Assembly (NCBI GenBank): GCA_965233585.1
Contig: CBDDTI010000745.1
Coordinates: 416,001-480,000 of the forward strand
From: a bacterium
GTDB taxonomy: Bacteria; SAR324; NAC60-12
Direction: 5' to 3'
Length of the DNA stretch: 64,000 nt
Part shown: in pieces, positions 29,923 through 38,469 of the stretch
How the letters are laid out: each line of letters opens with the position of its first letter
How positions within the stretch are numbered: position 1 is the first letter of the stretch
Position numbers and translations under genes: made by a program
The notes under the pieces: generated by a model
The model's input: only the letters and a program-made list of their open reading frames with translations
What the model was told of the DNA's origin: nothing
Databases searched by the model: none

Positions 29923-30009
29923 GGTTGGCAAGTTGGTACAATTCAGGAGAGATTTCTGTTGGCATATCTAATTCGGCAGTGCACATAGTTAATTTATCTA
30001 TCTTTTTGC

Positions 30010-30038
30010 TTGACAAATTTAGGTTTATCTGGTAGAAC
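30010..30038 (+). promoter_or_regulatory. sigma70 promoter of the cargo operon
   Basis: TTGACA (30010-15)-17 bp-TAGAAC (30033-38) with extended -10 TG. Confidence 0.7.
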
Positions 30039-30111
30039 AGTGAGTTTATTAATTTCCATTAAGTTAGCTTATCTATAAAGTTAGCTATCTGAACAATTTT
30101 CTCAATCCAAT

Positions 30112-30129
30112 TCAGACAATATTGTCTGA
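30112..30129. promoter_or_regulatory. Perfect 18-bp palindrome, candidate operator
   Basis: TCAGACAAT|ATTGTCTGA between the promoter and ORF 30236. Confidence 0.5.
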
Positions 30130-30235
30130 TAATTTTACCCTCTAAACCAACAGGCTATTTTCTCCGATTTCTTTCATAGAGTTGACTTAGAGTAAATTAA
30201 CCTCAAAAAACTTCACTGACTTCATTAACATCAAA

Positions 30236-30454
30236 ATGATGAACCTAGATGACTTAGATCAAGAGCTTGAAGCGATTAGCCAAGAGCAACCCCTCAAAAA
30301 TGTATCCAAATTTCAGATCCCTAATGATGAGGAAGATTTTGACTCTATCTCTAAACAAGGTTTGAAATCTATGTCAGAAGATAAAAGCCTTATAGAAGGA
30401 GCCATCAAAATTCAGGAGAAGTTAGAAAAGAATGAATCAAACAGTTGCCAGTGA
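30236..30454 (+). CDS. Small acidic protein, candidate antitoxin
   Basis: 72 aa, D/E-rich, overlaps the downstream ORF by 23 nt. Confidence 0.55.
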   Translation: MMNLDDLDQELEAISQEQPLKNVSKFQIPNDEEDFDSISKQGLKSMSEDKSLIEGAIKIQEKLEKNESNSCQ

Positions 30455-30914
30455 AAAAGAGCTTCGCTCTCATATTGTTCAAGTTGTCAAAAAATTTGAC
30501 GACGAATTTTTGAAAGATTCCAGAATTGTTGAGTCAAAACTCTATCCGCATATTCACCTCAACAAAAGAGTTCTTGTTGAAGCAATCAAGCATGCAAGGC
30601 TTGATATAGAAAGGATGTCATCTTTTCACATTCCCAAGAACTGCCGTTTGGGGAAAAGTAAGTATGCAGGATTTTTGTCCAAATGGATTGCTAAAATGGT
30701 ACCTTTTTATATTGAGGATGGTCATCCTCTCTCTGAAAACATGTACCTGCTCAACAGTTATTTTGCATTTTGGGTCTTTCGTTCTTTTTTGGATAAGAAT
30801 ATCCCAGAAAAATTTCATATTTATCTTATCTATTCATTACATTTTCGTGATGAAAGAGGTGAAACACTAGCTCTACTTGCTCTGACGTTTCAATCTATCT
30901 CACCCCCAAAATAG
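30432..30914 (+). CDS. Hypothetical protein, possibly divergent Fic/Doc fold lacking the catalytic His
   Basis: KYAGFLSKWIAKMVPF...NSYFAF...FL parallels Doc KAAALL...KNHPF..GNKRTAF...FL, judged by eye. Confidence 0.55.
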   Translation: MNQTVASEKELRSHIVQVVKKFDDEFLKDSRIVESKLYPHIHLNKRVLVEAIKHARLDIERMSSFHIPKNCRLGKSKYAGFLSKWIAKMVPFYIEDGHPLSENMYLLNSYFAFWVFRSFLDKNIPEKFHIYLIYSLHFRDERGETLALLALTFQSISPPK

Positions 30915-30992
30915 ATTTTTTTAAATCACTCAAACGCATCAGCACTGATGCCACCGTCTTGGCAGCTTCCCGAGTCTCTTCTAAAACAGCAT

Positions 30993-31240
30993 CGTCATTC
31001 CTGCGAAAGCAGGAATCTTAAAAACAAAAGTGAGATTGCGGGTCAAGCCCGCAATGACCAAAAAACAAACACGTCACTTGAGTGCTTGGCACAGAATCTT
31101 AAAAACAAAAGTGAGATTGCGGGTCAAGCCTGCAATGACCAAAAAAACAAACACGTCACTTGAGTTTTTGACACAAAATCTCAAAGAAAGAACATGAATA
31201 CTCTCAAAAAAGAGAGATTGCGGGTCAAGCCCGCAATGAC
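30993..31240. repeat. Palindromic (REP-like) repeat cluster 3
   Basis: CGTCATTCCTGCGAAAGCAGGAATCT at 30993; GAGATTGCGGG... units at 31032, 31113 and 31214; degenerate forward units at 31072 and 31154. Confidence 0.9.
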
Positions 31241-32080
31241 GGAAGGCTTCTTTTCCCCTTCTTTGAAGGTCAACAAGCCAGCGGCTTGTTGCTGGCGTGC
31301 GTGCCTGACGGGGTAGTCCTTACTTCTTCGCCATGGCTCACCTTGATCCGCAACTATTCCTGTTTATCCTCTATTTTTCTTTTACTTTATTTTCAACTCT
31401 TTCTTAAAAAATCTGCTAGACTAGATGTTTTTAAATTTAGAAAATTTCAGCTGAGAGGTCAGGATGTCAGAACGTTTAGATAGAATAGAAAAAATCTTAG
31501 CAGAAGCCAGTATCATTGCTAAAGAAGCCAGTATCATTGCTAAAGAAGCCCATGAAACAGTCAAAGCTGTTGCCAAACAGCAAGAAAAAACTGATGCTCA
31601 AATTGCAAGAACTGATACTCAAATTGCCAAAGTGTCCAAACAACTAGGGGGTTTTGTTAACAACGCGGGTTTAATCCTAGAAGACCGAATCTATCGTTGT
31701 TTTGAAGAGACGTTAGGGCAGAATATGTCTATTGAAATAGAAGGCATTCACTATGACCGACTCAACAGAAACATCAGTGGCAAATTTGGTCAGACCACTG
31801 GACAATTTGACATCTCTTTGTTCAATCACTGCCACGTCTTGATTATAGAAGTCAAAAGAAAAGCACATGTCAACGACATTGAGCAGATTCTCAAGCAAAA
31901 GCAAACCTTTCCTATTGTTTTTCCTCACTTCAAAAACTTTACCTTTCACTTAGCATTAGCCAGTGAATCCTTTGACAAAGATTTGATGCAAGAAGCCAAA
32001 GCCAACCAGATTTACCTAATGCAAGAAAAAGCAGGAGTCATTCAAATCATTGCTCCCTAACAGCTTAAACTTCCTTCCTT
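31145..32080 (+). repeat. 936-bp direct repeat, copy B
   Basis: Matches 28632-29567. Confidence 0.93.
31464..32060 (+). CDS. Heptad coiled-coil plus PD-(D/E)XK nuclease-like protein (DUF3782-like), copy B
   Basis: 192/198 residues identical to copy A. Confidence 0.75.
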   Translation: MSERLDRIEKILAEASIIAKEASIIAKEAHETVKAVAKQQEKTDAQIARTDTQIAKVSKQLGGFVNNAGLILEDRIYRCFEETLGQNMSIEIEGIHYDRLNRNISGKFGQTTGQFDISLFNHCHVLIIEVKRKAHVNDIEQILKQKQTFPIVFPHFKNFTFHLALASESFDKDLMQEAKANQIYLMQEKAGVIQIIAP

Positions 32081-32149
32081 ACTTCACACACCCATAACTT
32101 TTTCTGACTCCTGATTTTCTCTTTTGCCTTGCCACGACTTTTGTTCTTT

Positions 32150-32348
32150 GAGATTCCTGCTTTCGCAAGAATGACAACTATTGTCATTAAGTGCTTGACA
32201 CCAAATCTCAAACGCTCTCCGTCATTCCGCACTTGATGCGGAATCTTAAAAACAAGAGTCCGAACACTTTCAAAAAAGAGAGATTGCGGGTCAAGCCCGC
32301 AATGACCAAAAAAACAAATCCGCAGTGACGACTTGAGTTTGACAGAAT
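32150..32348. repeat. Palindromic (REP-like) repeat cluster 4
   Basis: Units at 32150-32175, 32183-32209, 32220-32246 and 32280-32306, plus a partial unit near 32331. Confidence 0.88.
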
Positions 32349-32502
32349 AACGACTTGAGCTTGCTAGCTTCCCCTCAAATTTACTTCTTTTTTCAACTTT
32401 TTTGAAAAATTTTTAAAACCCCTTAAATTTTTTTCAAAAACCCTCAAACCCCCGTCTTTCCTAACCTCCCAGTCTGATCCTTTTTCAACTTTTAAAAATT
32501 TT

Positions 32503-33262
32503 GGCATTGTTAATTAATAAGTGATAGCTGATTATTCCGTTTTGCCATGAACAAAAGAACAGAATATTGTAATGCTTTAAGAGACTTGCTGTAACATTTG
32601 GTTTTCCTTCTCATTCTTGCCAAGAAATGTCTCAAGAGAGAATTATACCCTTCTACCGTGTATGTTTCTGCCTTGGAACATGTATGAATTTCTTTGGGAA
32701 TGACTTGTTTGTAAGCCTTGCAGTGATCAGTCATCACCTGAAGAGGTTTTGTTTCCTTGACCTTGTCCCATAAATGCCTACAGGCTTTTGAGTCTCTGTT
32801 TCCAAGCATACAATTGATAAATTGCTTCCCACGTCTATCAACAGCAATCCAGAGCCAGCAGTAGTTTTTTTTGACTGGATGTAGGTGTACATTTCATCAA
32901 TTTCCATAATTTCAATGTCTGTGTCCTTTCTTAATGCCTTGAGCTGTTCGCCAAAACTACAGACCCAATTATAAACTGAAACATGAGAACAATTCAGCAA
33001 ACGACCGATTGACCTGAAACCAAGACCCTCCAAATACAACTCTAATGCTCTTCTTTTGATCTGTGGTGAGATTTGACCACGATAGGACTTGGTATATTGA
33101 TAGTTGCAGGCATTGCAACGCCTCCTCGGTTTACCATATAAAAAACCATTCTTAACCGTCTTCTCACTTTCACATCTAGGACACGACTTCATTGCTACAC
33201 CATGACTATCAATTCAATTAAATGAACTTAATATCGCATATCACTTATAGTTTAACAATACC
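32503..33262 (-). mobile_element. IS1-family insertion sequence (760 bp)
   Basis: 24-bp terminal inverted repeats GGCATTGTTAATTAATAAGTGATA / GGTATTGTTAAACTATAAGTGATA (20/24 match) enclose InsA- and InsB-like ORFs. Confidence 0.92.
32510..33192 (-). CDS. IS1 transposase InsAB, joined by a -1 frameshift
   Basis: Zinc finger CPRC...CNAC, HTH and EIDEM; A8C run at 32864-32872 shifts into NYCWLWIAVDR...TD...VEGYNSLLRHFLAR..RKTKCYSKS. Confidence 0.9.
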
Positions 33263-33273
33263 CTAAAATCCAA

Positions 33274-33306
33274 AACCTAGCTTTTACAAAAAAGCTGGGT
33301 TCTTTT
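33274..33306. terminator. Intrinsic terminator-like hairpin
   Basis: AACCTAGCTTTT-loop-AAAAGCTGGGTT followed by CTTTT. Confidence 0.5.
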
Positions 33307-33359
33307 CTTCTCACTCTCAAGGTTAAAGATTTTGTTTTTCAGAAAGATGGACTCAACGT

Positions 33360-33491
33360 TTACTCTTCGTTGACGGTCAATTTGATTGTGACAGAATCTG
33401 ATGTTGGCATGGGTAAAATGATGGGAAAAGTAGGCGGGTCAGTCGTTACAACCACTTTGACAGTAAATTCTCCTGGGTCTTCAAAAATAAA
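33360..33491 (-). pseudogene. 3' remnant of a PKD/Ig-like domain gene
   Basis: FIFEDPGEFTVKVVVTTD...SDSVTIKLTVNEE*, with an upstream in-frame stop and no credible start. Confidence 0.45.
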
Positions 33492-33513
33492 TTAGAACTG
33501 CGTCAGGTCTTAA

Positions 33514-33693
33514 CGTAAGGAAGTCTTAGACGGGGAGACTAAGCTGATTAAAGTTGACTTTAAAAGCGAACTCGCAACCAAGCAAGATGTTCAGAATATC
33601 AGAGATGGGTTGAAAGAGGTCAAAGATGACATTCAAAATGTCAGAGATGAGCTGAAAGATGTTAGGAATGAATTAAAAAAGATCCCCTATTAA
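33514..33693 (+). pseudogene. Remnant of a coiled-coil (ELATKxD; DUF1640/Bdr-like) gene
   Basis: ...KSELATKQDVQNIRDGLKEVKDDIQNVRDELKDVRNELKKIPY* with no ATG start. Confidence 0.5.
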
Positions 33694-33760
33694 ACTGGTA
33701 GCATGATGCCGATATTGAATTTCTCCAAAACTTTTGTGAACAGAAAATGAAAGGTATCAC

Positions 33761-34288
33761 CTAAAGAGTTAACTTATCAAAGAGTTGTTGTGCAGGTTCA
33801 AACCCAAGACTTGCTGCCTTTTCTGCACATTGAGACGCCTGCTGAATTTGACAGGTTGCATGATAAAGCATTCCCAAGTTATACCAACTATGCGCAGAGC
33901 TTGGAAACTTCTTGACAAGTTTTGAAAAAATATCAATCGCTTTGTCATATTGCTTGTGCTTGGCTTGCCAAATACCCCTTGCAAAAGCTTTGTTGATACG
34001 GACTAAATCTATTCCTTCCTCTTCATTGATCTCATTCCATTCATCAATAATATTAAGATGTTCCTCTTGACTGGTCTTTTGTGATGGAATTTGCTGTTGT
34101 AATCGCTGTTCATACTCGTGACGTTCTCGCAACAGAATTTGCTCATGTTCCTGACTCAATTCAATTTGCTTTTGCAAGGTGACACAAATCTTTTGTGAAT
34201 CTTTCAACAATTTTCTGAGCTGTTTAATCTGTTCTTTTTGAATTTTAATTTCTCGTTTCAGGGTTTTTACCTCGTGTTCTTCTGTCAT
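33761..34288 (-). CDS. Coiled-coil plus TPR protein
   Basis: N-terminal coiled coil; C-terminal TPR (YDKAIDIFSK...PSSAHSWYNLGMLY). Confidence 0.8.
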   Translation of the reverse strand: MTEEHEVKTLKREIKIQKEQIKQLRKLLKDSQKICVTLQKQIELSQEHEQILLRERHEYEQRLQQQIPSQKTSQEEHLNIIDEWNEINEEEGIDLVRINKAFARGIWQAKHKQYDKAIDIFSKLVKKFPSSAHSWYNLGMLYHATCQIQQASQCAEKAASLGFEPAQQLFDKLTL

Positions 34289-34297
34289 AACTCTGTT

Positions 34298-35380
34298 TTA
34301 TGAGAGTGAAGTTGTTCCTATCATTTCGCTGATATGCCGAACCCCATCTTGCTCTAAAAGTTGAATCAAACCTTGATGAATTTTTTGAACAATCGCAGGT
34401 CCTTGGTAAATCATACTTGTATAAATCTGAATCATTGATGCCCCTGATAAAAAACGTTCATAAGCATCTTGTGCTGTTCTGATACCACCAACTCCAATGA
34501 TGGGCATCGTTGGAGGTAACGCTTGATAAAAAGTCCGTAAGACTTCATTTGCTCGTTCTTTGAGAGGTGTTCCACTCAAGCCACCTGTTTCACCACAGAA
34601 TTTTTGGGTTCTCAACCCCTCACGTGAACATGTCGTATTGGTTGCAATGATTCCGTCAATCGCTTTGGATTTGACAAGAGATGCAATATCGCTGAGTTGA
34701 TTGTCTGACAAATCTGGCGAAATTTTGAGCAAAATGGCTGTGTTGCTTTGTTGTTTTGTTTTAGCAGAAACGACGGAGTCTATCAAATTTTCAAGCAAAG
34801 AGGCTTCTTGAAGTTGCCTCAAGTTTTCAGTATTTGGTGAACTCACATTGATCACCACATAGTCTGCAAGATGTTCTACTGCGCAAAATGCCTTCACATA
34901 ATCGTCAACAGCAGACTCAAGAGGAGTGACCTGATTTTTGCCAATGTTAACGCCCAAGACTCCTAACGGTTGATGATTTTGCAGACGCTTGACCAATGCC
35001 CGAACCCCTGAGTTATTGAATCCCATGCGGTTAATCAATGCCTCATCTTGAGTCAAACGAAACAAACGAGGCTTGGGATTACCCGATTGAGCCAAAGGTG
35101 TGACTGTGCCAACTTCTACGAAACCAAAACCCAACGCAAAAAACGCATTAAACGCCTTGGCATCTTTGTCAAGACCTGCTGCTAATCCTAAAGGATTTTT
35201 AAACTTCTTGCCCCAATATTCTACCTCAAGCTGAGGATATGATTGACAATGCAAGGTATTCAATAACTTTAATGCTGGCTGATATTTTGAGAATTGTTGA
35301 AGCAACCAAAGAGTCTTGTCGTGGGCAGACTCGGCATCTTGCATGAATACAAATGGTCTAATTGCAGAGTAAAAGGACAT
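34298..35380 (-). CDS. pyrD: Dihydroorotate dehydrogenase (quinone), class 2
   Basis: NPLGLAAGLDK, GNPKPRLFRL, NRMGFNN, NVSSPNT, KISPD and GGLSG. Confidence 0.97.
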   Translation of the reverse strand: MSFYSAIRPFVFMQDAESAHDKTLWLLQQFSKYQPALKLLNTLHCQSYPQLEVEYWGKKFKNPLGLAAGLDKDAKAFNAFFALGFGFVEVGTVTPLAQSGNPKPRLFRLTQDEALINRMGFNNSGVRALVKRLQNHQPLGVLGVNIGKNQVTPLESAVDDYVKAFCAVEHLADYVVINVSSPNTENLRQLQEASLLENLIDSVVSAKTKQQSNTAILLKISPDLSDNQLSDIASLVKSKAIDGIIATNTTCSREGLRTQKFCGETGGLSGTPLKERANEVLRTFYQALPPTMPIIGVGGIRTAQDAYERFLSGASMIQIYTSMIYQGPAIVQKIHQGLIQLLEQDGVRHISEMIGTTSLS

Positions 35381-35616
35381 CAGTTTGTTCTTGAATCAAA
35401 CAAGGATTGAGAAAACGTCATCATCTTTTCTTGAGTCAATTCATGGGAGTCATCAGGATAGACATCTTGAAAGATTGTAAAACCCAACATATTCCATGCA
35501 ACCAAACCTTCCTCTACGGTCAATTCTTCATCTTCCATGACTTGCAAAAAACCCCTCACAGCTTGTTCTACCTTCAGCCTGCGTTTGGCATCGTCTAGTG
35601 GTGATTGTTCTGACAT
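35380..35616 (-). CDS. Hypothetical protein
   Basis: 78-aa ORF tightly packed between argH and pyrD. Confidence 0.7.
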   Translation of the reverse strand: MSEQSPLDDAKRRLKVEQAVRGFLQVMEDEELTVEEGLVAWNMLGFTIFQDVYPDDSHELTQEKMMTFSQSLFDSRTN

Positions 35617-35619
35617 CGT

Positions 35620-37113
35620 TTAAAAGCTCCATTGTGAACATTGATGATATGCGTCATGGATCACCTGTTGACGCTTTTGGATAGACTTCTGCACCGCTTG
35701 AAATTCATTATCAAGTGAATCCAGATGTTTTTGGATTTGACTTTGTGAAGGCGATCCAGTGTGTTGCCTGCGGTTGATGACAAACTCTGGATCACCCCAA
35801 AGCTCAAGCTCATTTTGAGGAATATCCGCTTGTAACCCCGATTCTTCCAATGCACGGCTCAATGCCTCTGTGGAAAGTTTCCCTGTTTTTTCAGAATATC
35901 TGACAGCATTGGCAAGAATATGATAGGCATCTCTAAAAGGAAGGTTCAATCGTTGCGCAAGCAAATCTGCCACGTCCGTTGCATTCATAAACCCTAAATG
36001 ACACAGATCTTTGGCACGTTCGCCATTGAATTTGAGGCTGTCAAAAACTCCTGACAGGATTTGAAATGCAGGCAAGCACTCACGAATGACATCAAAAACC
36101 AGATATTTGGATTGTTGTGAGTCACGATTGTAACCGCTCAAGCTAGCCCGCTGAGCACCCATGATGCTGAGAAGCGTCCCTTGAGCATAGGCTGCTTTGG
36201 ATTTAATCACTTCTGCAAAATCTGGGTTTTTCTTCTGTGGCATGATAGAAGACCCTGTTACGAATGCCTCATCAATTTGCAAAATTGCAACGTAGGGAAA
36301 GCTCAAAATAATTAAATCCTGTGCAATCATACTCAAGTGATTCATTGCAAAGACATAAACTTGCACCAACTGTGCTTCACTTTCACCACGTGAAGAAATG
36401 CAATCTAATGTATTCACTTCTACACCATCAAATCCAAGCAAGTGAGCTGTCATTTCTCTGTCAATATTCCAAGACGAACCAAACGACGCTGCCGCCCCCA
36501 AAGGACATTGATTCAAGATTTGGTAGCATGCAGCCGCTCGCTTACAGTCTCTCAAAATGGCTTGTAAATAAGAACAAAGCCAGTGTCCCCAAGAAGTCAG
36601 CATCGCAGGTTGGTAGTGGGTAAAGCCGGGCAAAGTTTGTTTGCCATCGCTGCTGGTAACGCACTTGAGCAGGATTTTTGCCAAATATTCAATTTGGGTC
36701 TCCAAATTTAAGCATTCTTGACGTAAATAAAGCCTTAAATCACAAGCGACTTGGTCATTACGACTGCGAGCTGTGTGAAGTCTTCCACCAACATCAGCCC
36801 CGCAATGCTCAGTTAGAAACGATTCAATGTTAATATGGACATCTTCTTTGGCAGGATCAAGCTCAAATTGATTGTCTGAAATCAGCTGTTCAAGTTTTTT
36901 CAAACCTTGAAGTAAAGAGTTTGCAGTAGTGTGAGAAATGATGCCCTGCTTAGCCAGCATGATAGTATGCGCCCTGTTTGTCCACAAATCGTAAGGCATC
37001 AAAAGGGTATCTGCCATAGGCAGTGCCGCAACGTCTCTTCCCGCACAGAACAAAAGATTTGCTTCATTAGGAGAGACAGAAAGATGCCCTCCCCAAACTT
37101 GTTGAGAGTGCAT
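35620..37113 (-). CDS. argH: Argininosuccinate lyase
   Basis: EDVH..IE, LHTARSRNDQV, PGFTHYQPA and TGSSIMPQKKNPD. Confidence 0.95.
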   Translation of the reverse strand: MHSQQVWGGHLSVSPNEANLLFCAGRDVAALPMADTLLMPYDLWTNRAHTIMLAKQGIISHTTANSLLQGLKKLEQLISDNQFELDPAKEDVHINIESFLTEHCGADVGGRLHTARSRNDQVACDLRLYLRQECLNLETQIEYLAKILLKCVTSSDGKQTLPGFTHYQPAMLTSWGHWLCSYLQAILRDCKRAAACYQILNQCPLGAAASFGSSWNIDREMTAHLLGFDGVEVNTLDCISSRGESEAQLVQVYVFAMNHLSMIAQDLIILSFPYVAILQIDEAFVTGSSIMPQKKNPDFAEVIKSKAAYAQGTLLSIMGAQRASLSGYNRDSQQSKYLVFDVIRECLPAFQILSGVFDSLKFNGERAKDLCHLGFMNATDVADLLAQRLNLPFRDAYHILANAVRYSEKTGKLSTEALSRALEESGLQADIPQNELELWGDPEFVINRRQHTGSPSQSQIQKHLDSLDNEFQAVQKSIQKRQQVIHDAYHQCSQWSF

Positions 37114-37114
37114 T

Positions 37115-38446
37115 CTAAAATCCTAGCTTACTTAAAAGTTCATCAACTGACTCTGTCTCACTTTCTGCGACATTTGATGTTTCAGCAATAGCGCAAACAC
37201 TTGTTGATTCCAAATAAAGCTGTTCAAAACTCTGAATCAATGCTCTGTCGGTAGAAGTCTCTTGTCTTTGTTGTCTGGGGCTACAAGAATCTCTGGCAGC
37301 TCTCACATATTCTGCAATGAGATGATTGACTTTACCAATCCACATCAAAGAATTTTCACAAACTAGATACCAAAAATATGCCTCATCAAACTCGCTCTTG
37401 AAAACACCTCGTCTTTGAAGGTATTCACTGGCTTTGATGGGTTGAATCATTTCACCATCAAAAAATGATTCCAAAAACTCTTCTCGTAAACACAAACTAC
37501 GATAGACACCTGATTGCTCCAGTGCATTCCATAAGTCCAACGCATAATCTGAAAGCCCTAATGGTTCAGGTTGTGTGACAACAGGTGACTCTATAGCTTC
37601 TACATAGACAGGAATTTGTTGAGCTTCTATGGCAAGACGATTGAGCAAAGAAAACATGAGTCGGTTCAGATTTTCAATCTTCCCCATTGCATGAAGTTTT
37701 GCCATCTCAATATAAATTTCTTTGGTGTTGACGTCTCCTAAACTTTTCAATTTAAGAGAATCTACTTCAATACTTTCACTTTTCAATAGCTCTCGCAAAG
37801 TGATACCAACAGAAATATCAGGGTGCAACTCGTTATTGAAGAATTGATTGAATAGCAAAATAGACAATCGTTCCTTTTTAAGCGTAGCAGAGTATTTTCT
37901 GATACTGATTTCTTTTTGTTTGAGCTTGTATTGGTCATGGATCAACCTTGCAAGACGTTTGCTTAAAACATCACCAAAAAGAGAGTACATGATGGTATTT
38001 TGTGAATATTCTGGAGCATTGTTCCTTTTTTCGGAATTTTCCAAAGCATCAATGACATCTGGTAAAGAAGAAAGGTCAATGCCTAAAAGCAATGTTTCCC
38101 CTAACGATTCTGCTGTTGCTCCTCTTGGTTCTCCCAAAATACATCGTTCTCCAAACAACGTGAAAGGTTTGTGCATCATGTCTATTTTTTCCTCTACGCC
38201 CTCATCATTTTTTACAAAAATGTTCAACGCTCCATCAATTAAAATATAGATTTCTTGATCAAACATACCTTCTTCAATACATCGCTGTTTATCAGAAAGT
38301 TTGACAAATTTAGCATATTGAAAAATTTTGTGAAGTAATTCATCAGGGGCATCTTTGAAAAGGTCGCACTGGTGCATGATGCTAACAAATCGTTCTTGTC
38401 CATGTGCAAGCGTGTTCTTTAAGTAGTTTGTTGCTGGTGTGTCCAT
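37115..38446 (-). CDS. Cyclic-nucleotide-binding domain protein
   Basis: N-terminal cNMP-like barrel (IEEG...IYILIDG...FGERCILGEPRGAT); C-terminal region unknown. Confidence 0.75.
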   Translation of the reverse strand: MDTPATNYLKNTLAHGQERFVSIMHQCDLFKDAPDELLHKIFQYAKFVKLSDKQRCIEEGMFDQEIYILIDGALNIFVKNDEGVEEKIDMMHKPFTLFGERCILGEPRGATAESLGETLLLGIDLSSLPDVIDALENSEKRNNAPEYSQNTIMYSLFGDVLSKRLARLIHDQYKLKQKEISIRKYSATLKKERLSILLFNQFFNNELHPDISVGITLRELLKSESIEVDSLKLKSLGDVNTKEIYIEMAKLHAMGKIENLNRLMFSLLNRLAIEAQQIPVYVEAIESPVVTQPEPLGLSDYALDLWNALEQSGVYRSLCLREEFLESFFDGEMIQPIKASEYLQRRGVFKSEFDEAYFWYLVCENSLMWIGKVNHLIAEYVRAARDSCSPRQQRQETSTDRALIQSFEQLYLESTSVCAIAETSNVAESETESVDELLSKLGF

Positions 38447-38469
38447 CGTCTATTGGTCTTGAAAAGTTA

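Noticed and set aside
30948..31163. 71-aa ORF with repeated EIAGQA.ND
   Set aside because: It is a translation of the palindromic repeats.
28951..32060. Diversity-generating retroelement (template/variable repeat pair)
   Set aside because: Differences are not adenine-specific and are mostly synonymous; both copies are full genes and no reverse transcriptase is in the window.
28519..32348. CRISPR array
   Set aside because: Repeats alternate in orientation and type, spacers are reused rather than unique, periods are irregular (81, 91, 124 bp), and no cas genes are present.
32360..32502. Structured element in the A/T- and C-run-rich stretch before IS1
   Set aside because: The apparent inverted repeats consist of homopolymer runs; low complexity and no supportable function.
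32734..32809. IS1 as a frameshifted pseudogene
   Set aside because: The two-frame layout with an A-run slippery site is the normal programmed IS1 arrangement.
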